Shown in pieces: positions 22,055 through 31,048 of a stretch of 64,000 bases of DNA. A program made the translations under genes and the position numbers. Positions within the stretch are counted from its first letter, which is position 1, and every line of letters starts with the position of its first letter. The notes below the pieces were generated by a model. The model was not told where the DNA came from. It was given only the letters and a program-made list of their open reading frames with translations, and did no database searches. Source of the stretch: Anaerolineae bacterium (GTDB lineage: Bacteria; Chloroflexota; Anaerolineae; Fen-1058); assembly GCA_036514635.1 (NCBI GenBank), contig DATBWU010000155.1, forward strand, positions 802 through 64,801, given 5' to 3'.

Positions 22055-22837
22055 ATGCTGCTTACCCTCGACATCAGCAACACTACCATCAAAGCCGGCG
22101 TGTTCCGGGACGAGACAATCGTGGCCGATTGGCGCTTCGCCACCGAGCGGCACAAACTCGCCGACGAGTACGCGATGCTGCTGCTCAGCCTGTTCCAGGC
22201 CAGCGGCATCCCCGCCAGCGAAGTGACCGGCGTGTCGATCTCGTGCGTCGTCCCGCCGCTGCGTTCGGTGTTCGAGCAGTTTTCGCGTCACTACCTCCAT
22301 GTCGATCCGATCATCGTCGGCCCGGGCGTCAAGACCGGCATCCGGCTCGCCGTCGATAACCCGCGCGAGGTCGGCTCGGATCGCGTGGTCAACTCGCTGG
22401 CGATGCACCGCTTGTACGGCGGCCCGGCGATCGGCATCGTCTTCGGCACGGCGACTGTGTTCGACTGCGTCTCGGCGGAAGGCGAATACCTGGGCGGCGC
22501 GATCGCGCCGGGCATGGTCGTCGCGCTCGAATCGCTGGCGCAATCGGCGGCGCAGTTGTATCAGGTCGAGCTGGTCAGGCCGCCCAGGGCCATCGGCAAG
22601 AACACCATGCACACCATGCAGTCGGGCCTGGTGCTGGGCTACGCGGGCCTGGTCGAGGGTCTGGTGCGCCGCCTGAAGCGCGAGATGATCGGATCGGACC
22701 CCGGCAAAAAAGTCGCCGTCATCGCCACCGGGGGGTTGGCCGAAGTCATCGCGCCGGAGACGGACGTGATCGACATCATCGACCAGCAGCTCACGCTCAA
22801 AGGGCTGCGGTTGATCTACGAACTCAACAAACCCTAA
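22055..22837 (+). CDS. coaX: Type III pantothenate kinase
   Basis: 260 aa. MLLTLDISNTTIK..., GSDRVVN, ATGGLA motifs. Confidence 0.9.
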   Translation: MLLTLDISNTTIKAGVFRDETIVADWRFATERHKLADEYAMLLLSLFQASGIPASEVTGVSISCVVPPLRSVFEQFSRHYLHVDPIIVGPGVKTGIRLAVDNPREVGSDRVVNSLAMHRLYGGPAIGIVFGTATVFDCVSAEGEYLGGAIAPGMVVALESLAQSAAQLYQVELVRPPRAIGKNTMHTMQSGLVLGYAGLVEGLVRRLKREMIGSDPGKKVAVIATGGLAEVIAPETDVIDIIDQQLTLKGLRLIYELNKP

Positions 22838-22879
22838 CCAACCAACCACCTAACCAGCCAACCATCTAACCATCCAACC
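22834..22879. repeat. CA-rich AACCAACC word run
   Basis: ctaaccaaccaaccacctaaccagccaaccatctaaccatccaacc. Contains the coaX stop codon. Confidence 0.85.
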
Positions 22880-22898
22880 GGCCCTCTGGGGGGAAGGC

Positions 22899-23780
22899 AT
22901 GAGCGATTCAGTACAGTTTCGCTGGTTGGGCGTCGCAGGGATCGAGCTGGCGGTGAACGATCGGGTTCTCGCCGTCGATCCGTTCTTCACCCGCCCGCCC
23001 TTCCGGCGCATGTGGTTCGGGCGAGCGCACCCGAATCGCTCGCTCATCGCCGAGAAGATTCAGCGCTGCCATTTCATCCTGGTCACGCATCCGCACTGGG
23101 ATCACATCATGGATGTGCCCGATGTGGCGCGCAACACCGGCGCGACGGTGTTCGGATCGCCCAATGCTTGCCAGTTGGCTTCCGCATTAGGCGTGCCCGA
23201 CAAGCAGATTCACCCAATTGCCCTCGGCGACACGTTGAGCCTGGATGAGTTCGAGATTGAGGTGTTGCCTGCCCAACATCTCAAGACGCCGATCGACGGC
23301 CTCATCAACGGTCCGCTTCGGCGCGACTTGCGACCGCCGTTGCGGCTGTTCGATTACCGGATGGATGCTTGCTTCAGTTTTCGGATTCGCGCCGGCGCTT
23401 ATCGAGTCTTGCACGGTGAGCATCCGGTTCCCGCCGACATTCTGCTGGCGGCTCCCTTGCAGCCGCGCACCCACTTCGAGTCGTTGTTGCGCGATGTCCG
23501 GCCACACGTTATCATACCGATCCATTGGGACGACCTGTTCCGCCCGCTTTCAAAACCGATCCGCCCGATGTTGAAGCCGCCGGTCTGGGCCATACCTCCA
23601 TTGCAAAGGATGGAGCCGACCGAGTTCAAGAAAATGATTGAAGGTACCGCCGCCAAGACGAAAGTGTTCATCCCGGAGATATTCCGCAGCTACTCTCTGG
23701 ATGATGTGTTGCGCGCCTGCCAAGCGATGAAACAAACAAACCATCCAACCAACCAGCTAACTAATCAACCATCCAACTAA
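22899..23780 (+). CDS. MBL-fold metallo-hydrolase
   Basis: 293 aa. THPHWDH metal motif. The tail ...TNHPTNQLTNQPSN is encoded by a CA word run. Confidence 0.8.
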   Translation: MSDSVQFRWLGVAGIELAVNDRVLAVDPFFTRPPFRRMWFGRAHPNRSLIAEKIQRCHFILVTHPHWDHIMDVPDVARNTGATVFGSPNACQLASALGVPDKQIHPIALGDTLSLDEFEIEVLPAQHLKTPIDGLINGPLRRDLRPPLRLFDYRMDACFSFRIRAGAYRVLHGEHPVPADILLAAPLQPRTHFESLLRDVRPHVIIPIHWDDLFRPLSKPIRPMLKPPVWAIPPLQRMEPTEFKKMIEGTAAKTKVFIPEIFRSYSLDDVLRACQAMKQTNHPTNQLTNQPSN

Positions 23781-23790
23781 CCAACCAATC
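23731..23790. repeat. CA-rich AACCAAC word run
   Basis: aaacaaacaaaccatccaaccaaccagctaactaatcaaccatccaactaaccaaccaatc. Confidence 0.85.
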
Positions 23791-23803
23791 TGCGAGCAAT
23801 CTC

Positions 23804-24673
23804 ATGGCCGAATTCTCGTGGTGGACCGGCGGCCAGATCGGGTATCTCGACACACCCGATGGCCGGGTAGCGTATCGTTATTGGGAAGAAGCGCGGGACG
23901 CGGCGAAGACGCTGCTCGGCATTCACGGCATCGGCGGCAACAACGACAACTACATCGCGCTGGGCGAGGCGCTAAAGCCCGATGTGGCCGTGTACGCCAT
24001 CGACCTGGCCGGGCACGGCGAATCGGGCACACCCGGCGACGTGGCCGGCCTCGAAGTGCACCTGCGCAATCTGGACGCGCTGTCGGCGCTGATCCGGGCG
24101 CGCCATCCCAACGCGAAGCATTACCTCGCCGGATATAGCCTCGGCGCGGCGTACGCGTCGGTGTACGTGGCGCGGAATGGGCATCGTTTCGACGGCGTGA
24201 TCCTTTTCGCAGCACCCTTTCGCACAACCCTCATGCCGTCGCCACACATGCACATCATTTTCCGCGCGCTGACGATCCTCGCGCCACGCAAGCGGATTCG
24301 GATCGGCGGGCGCTCAGAAGACCGGCTCGATCCGCGTTATCGCTTCGCCATGCACACCGAGAAGTTCATCGGCGCGCGGACGCTGCGATCGCTCAAAGTG
24401 GCGCTGGACATGGTGACGCTAGGCGAGCGTGCGCTGCCCGGCGTGACCATCCCGACGTTGATCATTCACAGCGACGCCGACTCGGCAGCGCCGCCCGACG
24501 GCGCGCGCTTGGCCTATGAACGACTGGGGAGCCGCGACAAGGCACTGCACTGGGTCCCCGGCGCGCAGCACGACCTGTACGACATGGTGAGCGGCGTCAA
24601 GAGCAGCGAGGTGTCCGGCGAGCAGCGCTCGTTGGTGATTCAGCCTGTGCGCGAATGGCTGGAGATGCACTGA
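23804..24673 (+). CDS. Alpha/beta hydrolase (lysophospholipase/monoacylglycerol-lipase-like)
   Basis: 289 aa. HGIGG oxyanion region, nucleophile elbow GYSLG, C-terminal D...H (SDADS, GAQHD). Confidence 0.8.
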   Translation: MAEFSWWTGGQIGYLDTPDGRVAYRYWEEARDAAKTLLGIHGIGGNNDNYIALGEALKPDVAVYAIDLAGHGESGTPGDVAGLEVHLRNLDALSALIRARHPNAKHYLAGYSLGAAYASVYVARNGHRFDGVILFAAPFRTTLMPSPHMHIIFRALTILAPRKRIRIGGRSEDRLDPRYRFAMHTEKFIGARTLRSLKVALDMVTLGERALPGVTIPTLIIHSDADSAAPPDGARLAYERLGSRDKALHWVPGAQHDLYDMVSGVKSSEVSGEQRSLVIQPVREWLEMH

Positions 24674-24743
24674 TCAGTAAATCAGTGCGACGGCGTGGCA
24701 GCCACCTTTCTTCATTCTGCATTCTTCATTACCGCATTCAACT

Positions 24744-25973
24744 ATGGAACCTATCACAATTCTACAAGACAAACGCATCTTGCTGGGCATCACTGGCGGC
24801 ATTGCCTGTTATAAGGTTGTCGATCTGGCGAGCAAGCTGACGCAGGCCGGTGCGACGGTCGATTGCGTGCTGACCGAGTCGGCGACGAAATTCGTCACAT
24901 CGGTGACCTTCGCCGCCGTGACGGGCCGCCCGGCGCTGACCGATGCCGACCTGTGGCGATCCGATTTGCACGTCCCGCACATCGGCCTGGGCCACGACGC
25001 CGATCTGATCGTCATCGCTCCGGCGACAGCCAATACCCTCGCCAAACTCGCGCACGGCCTCGGCGACAATCTATTGGCGGTCAGCGTCCTCGCGTCGAAG
25101 TGCCCGCTGATCGTCGCCCCGGCCATGGACGCAGGCATGTGGGGCCATCCGGCGACACAGGCGAACGTCGAGACGCTGCGCGCGCGCGGCGCGACGATCG
25201 TTGGCCCAGCGGAGGGGCGCATGGCCTCCGGCCTGGTCGGGCCGGGTCGCATGGTCGAGCCGGGCGAATTGCTCGGCTGGATTCGCGTCGTGCTGGGTCA
25301 AGGAGGATCGCTGGCCGGGCGCAAGATCGTCGTGACAGCGGGCGGCACACACGAAGCGATCGACCCGGTGCGTTTCGTCGGCAATCGATCGAGCGGCAAG
25401 CAGGGTTTCGCGCTGGCGCAGGCCGCGCTCGACCGCGGCGCGCAGGTGATGCTGATCGCCGGAGCGACGGCGCTGGAGACGCCCGTCGGCGCGGCGCGCG
25501 TCGATGTCGAATCGGCGCAGGAGATGTGCGACGCGGTGCTCGCCGCGTGCCGTGACGCCGACGCGCTGATCATGGCTGCCGCCGTCGCCGATTTTCAGCC
25601 CGACCACGCGGCCGATCGAAAAATCAAGAAGACGCAAGACACACCCGGCCTCGACTTGCATTTGACGCGCACGCCGGACATTTTGCTCGCCGTGAAACGG
25701 CAGCGCGAGACGACGAAAATGCCGAAGGTCGTCGTCGGCTTCGCGGCAGAAACCGAAGACCTGCTGAAGAACGCGCTGGCAAAACTGGAAAGCAAGGGGC
25801 TGGATTTGATCGTTGCCAATGACGTGACGCGAGAAGACTCCGGCTTCGCCTCGGACACAAACCGGGTGACGCTGTTGGGCAGCGGCGGCGGCGCGGAGTC
25901 TTTGACGCTAATGAGCAAAGCGCGCGTGGCCGAGCACATTCTCGATCGACTGATCGAGCTGCTGTCTGCGTGA
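24744..25973 (+). CDS. coaBC: Bifunctional phosphopantothenoylcysteine decarboxylase / phosphopantothenate--cysteine ligase
   Basis: 409 aa. Flavoprotein domain ILLGITGGIACYK, PAMD, and a CoaB domain with KIKK. Confidence 0.93.
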   Translation: MEPITILQDKRILLGITGGIACYKVVDLASKLTQAGATVDCVLTESATKFVTSVTFAAVTGRPALTDADLWRSDLHVPHIGLGHDADLIVIAPATANTLAKLAHGLGDNLLAVSVLASKCPLIVAPAMDAGMWGHPATQANVETLRARGATIVGPAEGRMASGLVGPGRMVEPGELLGWIRVVLGQGGSLAGRKIVVTAGGTHEAIDPVRFVGNRSSGKQGFALAQAALDRGAQVMLIAGATALETPVGAARVDVESAQEMCDAVLAACRDADALIMAAAVADFQPDHAADRKIKKTQDTPGLDLHLTRTPDILLAVKRQRETTKMPKVVVGFAAETEDLLKNALAKLESKGLDLIVANDVTREDSGFASDTNRVTLLGSGGGAESLTLMSKARVAEHILDRLIELLSA

Positions 25974-25976
25974 TCG

Positions 25977-26085
25977 GATGACCTCATCCCCTGACCCCTT
26001 CTCCTGAAGCTTCGCTTCAAGAGAAGGGGAAACGCTCCCCTCTTCCAATGGCCAATGTCGTCGGGAGAAGGGCTGGGGGATGAGG
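25977..26085. repeat. Left copy of the composite palindromic repeat flanking the DUF559 gene
   Basis: gatgacctcatcccctgaccccttctcc...gggagaagggctgggggatgagg. Nested hairpins; direct repeat of 26480-26617. Confidence 0.85.
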
Positions 26086-26126
26086 CCGCGACTCTGACCA
26101 CGCTCTCCGCCGACGGGAGAAAACAC

Positions 26127-26513
26127 ATGCATCGAAGAACGAGAGGCAAATCCACGGCCAAGATCGTTCAGGCCGCGCGAGGTCTGCGCCGCGAGTTGAC
26201 ACCCGCTGAAAGGGAATTGTGGAAAGCGCTGAGAAGTCGTCGGCTGGCTGGGCTGAAGTTTCGGAGGCAACACCCACTTGATCGTTTCATCCTGGATTTC
26301 TTCTGCGTGGAGCATCAACTCGAAATCGAAATTGATGGTGAAATTCACGTGCGTTCTGATCAAGCAGCGCGGGACAGCGAGCGAACAGAGTGGCTTCAAG
26401 CGCAAGGCATCCGCGTGCTGCGATTTAGCAATGAGGAAATCGAGAAGAATCTCGGCGGGGTCTTGAGACGGATCGTGGAGATGACCTCACCCCCTGCCCC
26501 TCTCCTGAGATGA
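26127..26513 (+). CDS. DUF559 (Vsr-like endonuclease fold) protein
   Basis: ATG 26127. ...TPAERELWKALR...GLKFRRQHP...ILDFFC....LEIEIDGEIH...D..R...L...G..VLRFSNEEI. Low GC; the last 34 nt lie in the right repeat. Confidence 0.8.
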   Translation: MHRRTRGKSTAKIVQAARGLRRELTPAERELWKALRSRRLAGLKFRRQHPLDRFILDFFCVEHQLEIEIDGEIHVRSDQAARDSERTEWLQAQGIRVLRFSNEEIEKNLGGVLRRIVEMTSPPAPLLR

Positions 26514-26617
26514 AACAGCGCATCTCAGGAGAGGGGGAAACGCCGGATGAAAATTGACCCTTCCCCTTCTCCTGACGACATTGGTTCGTCGTCGGGAGAA
26601 GGGGCCGGGGGATGAGG
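26480..26617. repeat. Right copy of the composite palindromic repeat flanking the DUF559 gene
   Basis: gatgacctcaccccctgcccctctcc...gggagaaggggccgggggatgagg. Same orientation as the left copy. Confidence 0.85.
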
Positions 26618-26639
26618 AGAAGATTCCAAAGGACACAAC

Positions 26640-27314
26640 ATGCCAGATACATCCAACGACCAACTCATCAGGCAAATCGATGCCTATATCGAGCGGCTCT
26701 TCGTCCGACCCGACGAGAGGCTGGAGCAAGGCCTGAAAGATTCGGCACGGGCCGGCTTGCCTACCATCAATGTCTCGCCCAACGAGGGCAAGCTGCTGTA
26801 TCTGATTGCCCGGATCGCGGGAGCGAAGCGCGTACTCGAGATCGGGACGCTGGGTGGCTACAGCACGACCTGGCTGGCCCGCGCCCTGCCGCCCGAAGGC
26901 AAAGTCGTCACCCTCGAACTCGATCCGAAGCACGCCGAGGTCGCGCGCCGGAACCTCCACCGGGCAGGCGTGGGCGATCGGGTCGAGATTCGCGTCGGGC
27001 GCGCGGTCGACACACTGCGCGCGATGATCCGCGACGGCGAGAAACCCTTCGACATCGTCTTCATCGACGCCGACAAATCGTTGTACGTAGATTACCTGAA
27101 TCTGTCACTGCAGCTCGCCCGGCCCGGCACGATCGTCCTGGCAGACAACCTGATCCGCAATGGGCGCGTGCTCGACGCCAATCCCACGGAGGATAACGCG
27201 CGCGGCGTGAAGGCGTATAATGAAGCCATCGCGGCGCACCCGCGTCTCGATTCGCTCATCTTGCCGATCATCCGCCACAACCTGGATGGACTGTCGCTCT
27301 CGATCGTCAAGTAA
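26640..27314 (+). CDS. Class I SAM-dependent O-methyltransferase (caffeoyl-CoA OMT/YrrM-like)
   Basis: 224 aa. VLEIGTLGGYST, FIDADK, and the family-typical metal-site region. Confidence 0.85.
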   Translation: MPDTSNDQLIRQIDAYIERLFVRPDERLEQGLKDSARAGLPTINVSPNEGKLLYLIARIAGAKRVLEIGTLGGYSTTWLARALPPEGKVVTLELDPKHAEVARRNLHRAGVGDRVEIRVGRAVDTLRAMIRDGEKPFDIVFIDADKSLYVDYLNLSLQLARPGTIVLADNLIRNGRVLDANPTEDNARGVKAYNEAIAAHPRLDSLILPIIRHNLDGLSLSIVK

Positions 27315-27356
27315 ACCTGAATTCACGCTTTACGTTTTACGCTTTACGTTTTACGA

Positions 27357-27470
27357 CTCTTCTGAAAAAAGGCTTATCTCACCGCGAAGAGCGCAAAGAA
27401 CGCAAAGAATACGTAGAAAACTTCGCGCCCTTTGCGTCCTTTGCGGTTAAATCCGGCTTTTTGCAGTGGG
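27357..27470. repeat. Nested palindrome (GCAAAGA/GCGAAGA words) inside a TTTACGC word array
   Basis: Outer arms ctgaaaaaaggc / gccggctttttgcag. Inner arms caccgcgaagagcgcaaagaacgcaaag / ctttgcgtcctttgcggt. Flanked by tttacgc words at 27324-27356 and 27471-27508. Confidence 0.85.
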
Positions 27471-27518
27471 GTCGTTTTACGCTTCACGTTCTACGCTTCA
27501 CGCATCACGAGGCTCGCA

Positions 27519-27992
27519 ATGGAACTTTACTTTCTCCGCCACGGTATCGCCGACTGGCCTAACTGGAACACCGCGCGCGACGACGAGCGCCCGCTCACCG
27601 ACGAAGGCGTCGCGAAAATGAAAGCCGAAGCCAGGACGATCGAGCAGCTCGACTTGGGGCTCGATGCGATCCTGTCCAGCCCGCTCGTGCGGGCGCGGCA
27701 GACGGCGGAGGCAGTTGCGGATCGGCTCGGCCTGGAGGTGACCGACGAACCGGCGCTTGCGCCCGGCTTCGATGCTCAGCGCTTGCCGGATGTTCTGCGC
27801 CGCCATCCCGATGCACAGGCGCTGATGCTCGTCGGCCACGAGCCGGACTTCAGCAAAACCATCGCGCAACTGATCGGCGGTGGGCGCGTGGTGATGAAAA
27901 AGGGCGGCCTGGCCCGTGTCGATCTCGAATCGACTGATCCGCCGAAGGGCGCGTTGGTGTGGCTGCTCGCTCCGAAGGTATTGACCCTTTAA
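27519..27992 (+). CDS. sixA: Phosphohistidine phosphatase SixA-like (histidine phosphatase superfamily)
   Basis: ATG 27519. LYFLRHGIA (RHG motif), LVGHEPD. Confidence 0.8.
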   Translation: MELYFLRHGIADWPNWNTARDDERPLTDEGVAKMKAEARTIEQLDLGLDAILSSPLVRARQTAEAVADRLGLEVTDEPALAPGFDAQRLPDVLRRHPDAQALMLVGHEPDFSKTIAQLIGGGRVVMKKGGLARVDLESTDPPKGALVWLLAPKVLTL

Positions 27993-28010
27993 CGCACGAG
28001 CACGACGAAT

Positions 28011-28994
28011 ATGAACGCTCGGCTGGCCGAACAAGGCATTCGCTTCCGCGAGTTTCGTTTGGATGACATCCCGGCGATGGTCGATGTCTTGAATCGCACC
28101 TACCCCGATCAGCCCACGACCGTCGAGCGCGAAACACATTTCGAGAAAGCCTATCCGCCGGACAAACCCCGCCTGCGATTTGTCGTTGAAGCGCCCGATG
28201 GCCGGTTCATCGGCATGGGGCTGTGCGCGTATCCCTTCTGGCTGGAGCCTGCCGGCGTGTATTGGCTGGCGGGCGTGATCGACCCGGCGTGGCGCGGGCG
28301 CGACATCGCCCGTGCAATGTTGGCCGAGTTCGAGTCGTTCGCGCACGAGCGTGGAGCCGCGTGCCTGTGGTCGGATTGCCGGGAGGATTTCGATTTCTCG
28401 ATTCGATTCTTCGAGCGGGCCGGGTTCAAGAAGTACGGCCTGCGCTTCGAGTCGGAGCTCGATCTGATTGCATTTGATGAGTCGCGCTTCCCCGGCGCGG
28501 TCGATCGTGTGCTGGACGCGGGCTTCCATCTGAGCACGCTTGCCGCCGAGCGATCGATGAACCCTCAGGCGGATGAGCAGTTGTACGAACTCGATAGCGC
28601 GACGGCGCGCGACGTGCCATTACCCGGCGGGGCCAGGCTCAACCTGACCTACGCTGACTTCCGCGCACGCACACTGGACAATCCCGAAAGTGATCCCACG
28701 GCGGTGTTCATCGCCAAGCGCGGCAAGCGGTACGTCGGTCACACCGCGCTGTGGCTGCCTCCAGAAGGGCCGGCGCTCACGAGCAGCACCGGCGTCTTGC
28801 GCGAATATCGCGGGCGAGGGATTGCGCTGGCGCTCAAGCTGCTATCGATCCGCGTGATGAAAGCGCGCGGCTATGCCGAGGCGCGCACCAACAACGACAC
28901 CGGCAACCCGGCTATCCTGAAATTGAACGAGAAACTGGGTTACCGGAAGCGTCCCGGCTGGCTGCAGTGGGAAAAACACTACGAAAGGTCGTAG
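28011..28994 (+). CDS. GNAT family N-acetyltransferase (two tandem GNAT-like domains)
   Basis: 327 aa. Second domain RGRGIALALK acetyl-CoA motif. Confidence 0.8.
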   Translation: MNARLAEQGIRFREFRLDDIPAMVDVLNRTYPDQPTTVERETHFEKAYPPDKPRLRFVVEAPDGRFIGMGLCAYPFWLEPAGVYWLAGVIDPAWRGRDIARAMLAEFESFAHERGAACLWSDCREDFDFSIRFFERAGFKKYGLRFESELDLIAFDESRFPGAVDRVLDAGFHLSTLAAERSMNPQADEQLYELDSATARDVPLPGGARLNLTYADFRARTLDNPESDPTAVFIAKRGKRYVGHTALWLPPEGPALTSSTGVLREYRGRGIALALKLLSIRVMKARGYAEARTNNDTGNPAILKLNEKLGYRKRPGWLQWEKHYERS

Positions 28995-28998
28995 CAGA

Positions 28999-30000
28999 AT
29001 GAACCGGCATCACTTGCTCTTGCTGCTCTTGGCCCTGCTGGCGGGATTGATCATCGCGCTGCTCGCGCACTCCTCGGTGACCAGCGCGCCGTTGCGCATC
29101 ACGACCACGCCCTCGCCCACGCCGACTCCGAGGTCGGCCGCCATCACTTACGTCGTGCAGCGCGGCGACACATTGTCCGCCATCGCGCGGCGCTTCGGCG
29201 TCAGCGTGATCGACATTGCCCGCGCCAACAACATCATCAACCCCAACCTGATCCGTGTTGGGCAGACGTTGATCATCCCGATCCAGCCCGGCGGCACGCC
29301 GCTGCCGACCACCACGCCCACGCCGACGCCCGCGCCCGGCTCGACCATCACCTACGTCGTGCAGCGCGGCGACACGCTGTATCGCATCGCCGTGCAGTTC
29401 GGGACGACAGTGGCCGCCATCCGCGCCGCGAACAACCTGACGAACGTGAACCTGATCTACATCGGGCAGACGCTGATCATCCCGCTTGGATCGACACCAC
29501 CGCGCACGCCGACCCCTACCCTGCCGCCGTTCCCGACCCCGACGATCAAAGATGTGCCCGCCGCCTTCCAATCGTTCGAGCGAGGCTTTATGATCTGGGT
29601 CGGCGATCGCAAGCGCATTTGGGTGGCCGTGTGCTGCACCAGCACCATCCCGCTCGGCGGGCGCTGGCTGGCCTTCGACGATGCTTTCACAGAGGGCCTG
29701 CCGGAAAGCGATCCGTCGATTGTCCCACCGGCCGGGCTGTATCAACCCGTGCGCGGCTTCGGACTGGTGTGGCGGACGCTCTCGGATTATTCTTATGGCG
29801 GATCGATTCGCGACCTGCTGGGCTGGGCCACCGCGCCCGAACGGGGTTATACTGCGCACATGGAGTATCATCCCGGCGGTTTCTTCGATCCGGGAGGACA
29901 TTTCAACGGGCGACCGGGTTACTGGACGGTCAACGCGCCCGACGGCACGCTCTACAACTTCCACGAAGCCGGTCCGGCGTGGAGTCAGGCTGCACCGTAA
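28999..30000 (+). CDS. Membrane-anchored protein with two LysM domains
   Basis: N-terminal TM LLLLLLALLAGLII. Two copies of YVVQRGDTL..IA..FG......ANN......I..GQTLIIP. C-terminal domain unassigned. Confidence 0.8.
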   Translation: MNRHHLLLLLLALLAGLIIALLAHSSVTSAPLRITTTPSPTPTPRSAAITYVVQRGDTLSAIARRFGVSVIDIARANNIINPNLIRVGQTLIIPIQPGGTPLPTTTPTPTPAPGSTITYVVQRGDTLYRIAVQFGTTVAAIRAANNLTNVNLIYIGQTLIIPLGSTPPRTPTPTLPPFPTPTIKDVPAAFQSFERGFMIWVGDRKRIWVAVCCTSTIPLGGRWLAFDDAFTEGLPESDPSIVPPAGLYQPVRGFGLVWRTLSDYSYGGSIRDLLGWATAPERGYTAHMEYHPGGFFDPGGHFNGRPGYWTVNAPDGTLYNFHEAGPAWSQAAP

Positions 30001-30001
30001 A

Positions 30002-30062
30002 AGGTGACCGGCACTCCGAAGGCCCCCGAAGCGGAGCGAGGGGGGTGAAGTGCCGGTCACCT
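30002..30062. repeat. Hairpin, family D copy 1 (AGGTGACCGGCACT arms)
   Basis: aggtgaccggcact (30002-30015) / agtgccggtcacct (30049-30062). The right arm contains the GTG start of the next CDS. Confidence 0.85.
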
Positions 30063-30907
30063 CGAAAGGAGGAACCATCAGCAACCCACTCCGCATCGAG
30101 CTGAACAATCCCGATGCCGTCTATCAGCCCGGCGAAACGATTTACGGCCAGGTCGCCTTGACCTTGAGCAACGAGCAGCATCCGCGCCGCGTGACACTGC
30201 ACGCCATCGGCACCGAGTTCACCAACTGGGGGACCGAACCGGCCTACATCGCGCGCACGCACCCGCTGGATGCGACGCTTGACATGTGGACACCCAAGCG
30301 CGAGGGCGAGGCGCTGGCCGCAGGGACACACACCTTTCCGTTCGCCATCGGTCTGCCCGCGCGCCTGCCGCCGTCGTTCGATGGGCTGCTGACCGAGATC
30401 GGCTATGGGCTGAAGGCGAAAGCCGATCTACCGATGCAGATCGACCTGCACGCCGATGTCGGGTTCATCGTGCTGGCCGTCGCGCCGGCTGTCGAGGATA
30501 AACCGATCACGATCGATGCCGGCGACGAAGCGGGCCGCCTGATCTCGCTGGAGTTGCCACGATCGGTGTATCGCCTGGGCGAAGCGATCGGCGGGGCCGT
30601 GCACGTCGTGCGGCCCGGCGCGGGCCAGTCGCGGAGGCTGACGGTCGAGTTGCTGTCGCGCGAGCGGGGCGGCGCGCAGGGCGTGTGGACTGAGTACGTC
30701 GAGCGCGAGGCCGATTTCCGCGTGGAGCTGGAGCGCGTCGTCGAAGGCACGACGTACCCGTTCACCTTCAAAGTGCCCGACTCCGCCGCGCCGTCGTTCA
30801 GCGGCGAGCACTCTGTATTGACGTGGCACGTCAGCGCCCGGCTCGACGTGATCCGCGCACCCGACCTGATCGCCGATGCGATCATCGCCGTCGTCGAGTC
30901 GGGGTAG
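30050..30907 (+). CDS. Hypothetical protein with arrestin-like two-lobe pattern (Spo0M/Arrestin_N-like)
   Basis: 285 aa, GTG start. Repeated pattern Y.PGE.I.G.V.L......R.V.L / YRLGEAIGGAVHV......RRLTVEL. Fold call is tentative. Confidence 0.5.
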   Translation: MPVTSKGGTISNPLRIELNNPDAVYQPGETIYGQVALTLSNEQHPRRVTLHAIGTEFTNWGTEPAYIARTHPLDATLDMWTPKREGEALAAGTHTFPFAIGLPARLPPSFDGLLTEIGYGLKAKADLPMQIDLHADVGFIVLAVAPAVEDKPITIDAGDEAGRLISLELPRSVYRLGEAIGGAVHVVRPGAGQSRRLTVELLSRERGGAQGVWTEYVEREADFRVELERVVEGTTYPFTFKVPDSAAPSFSGEHSVLTWHVSARLDVIRAPDLIADAIIAVVESG

Positions 30908-31006
30908 TCTCCCTTCAGAGTGTTGGTCTTACCGCAGAGCACGCAGACGCCAGAGGCGCGCAGAGAGTCTTAAGTCGCCCGGCGCTCTCCGCGCTCTCAG
31001 CGGTGA
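30906..31006. repeat. MITE/REP-like element, family B copy 1 (right end apparently truncated)
   Basis: About 95% identical by eye to 34777-34876: agtctccc(t)tcagagtgttggtcttaccgcagagcacgcagacgccagaggcgcgcagag...gcgctctccgcgctctcagcggtga. Confidence 0.85.
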
Positions 31007-31048
31007 AGCCTACGATCCGATCTCGCGCAGCGACGCCCACTCCCTGAC

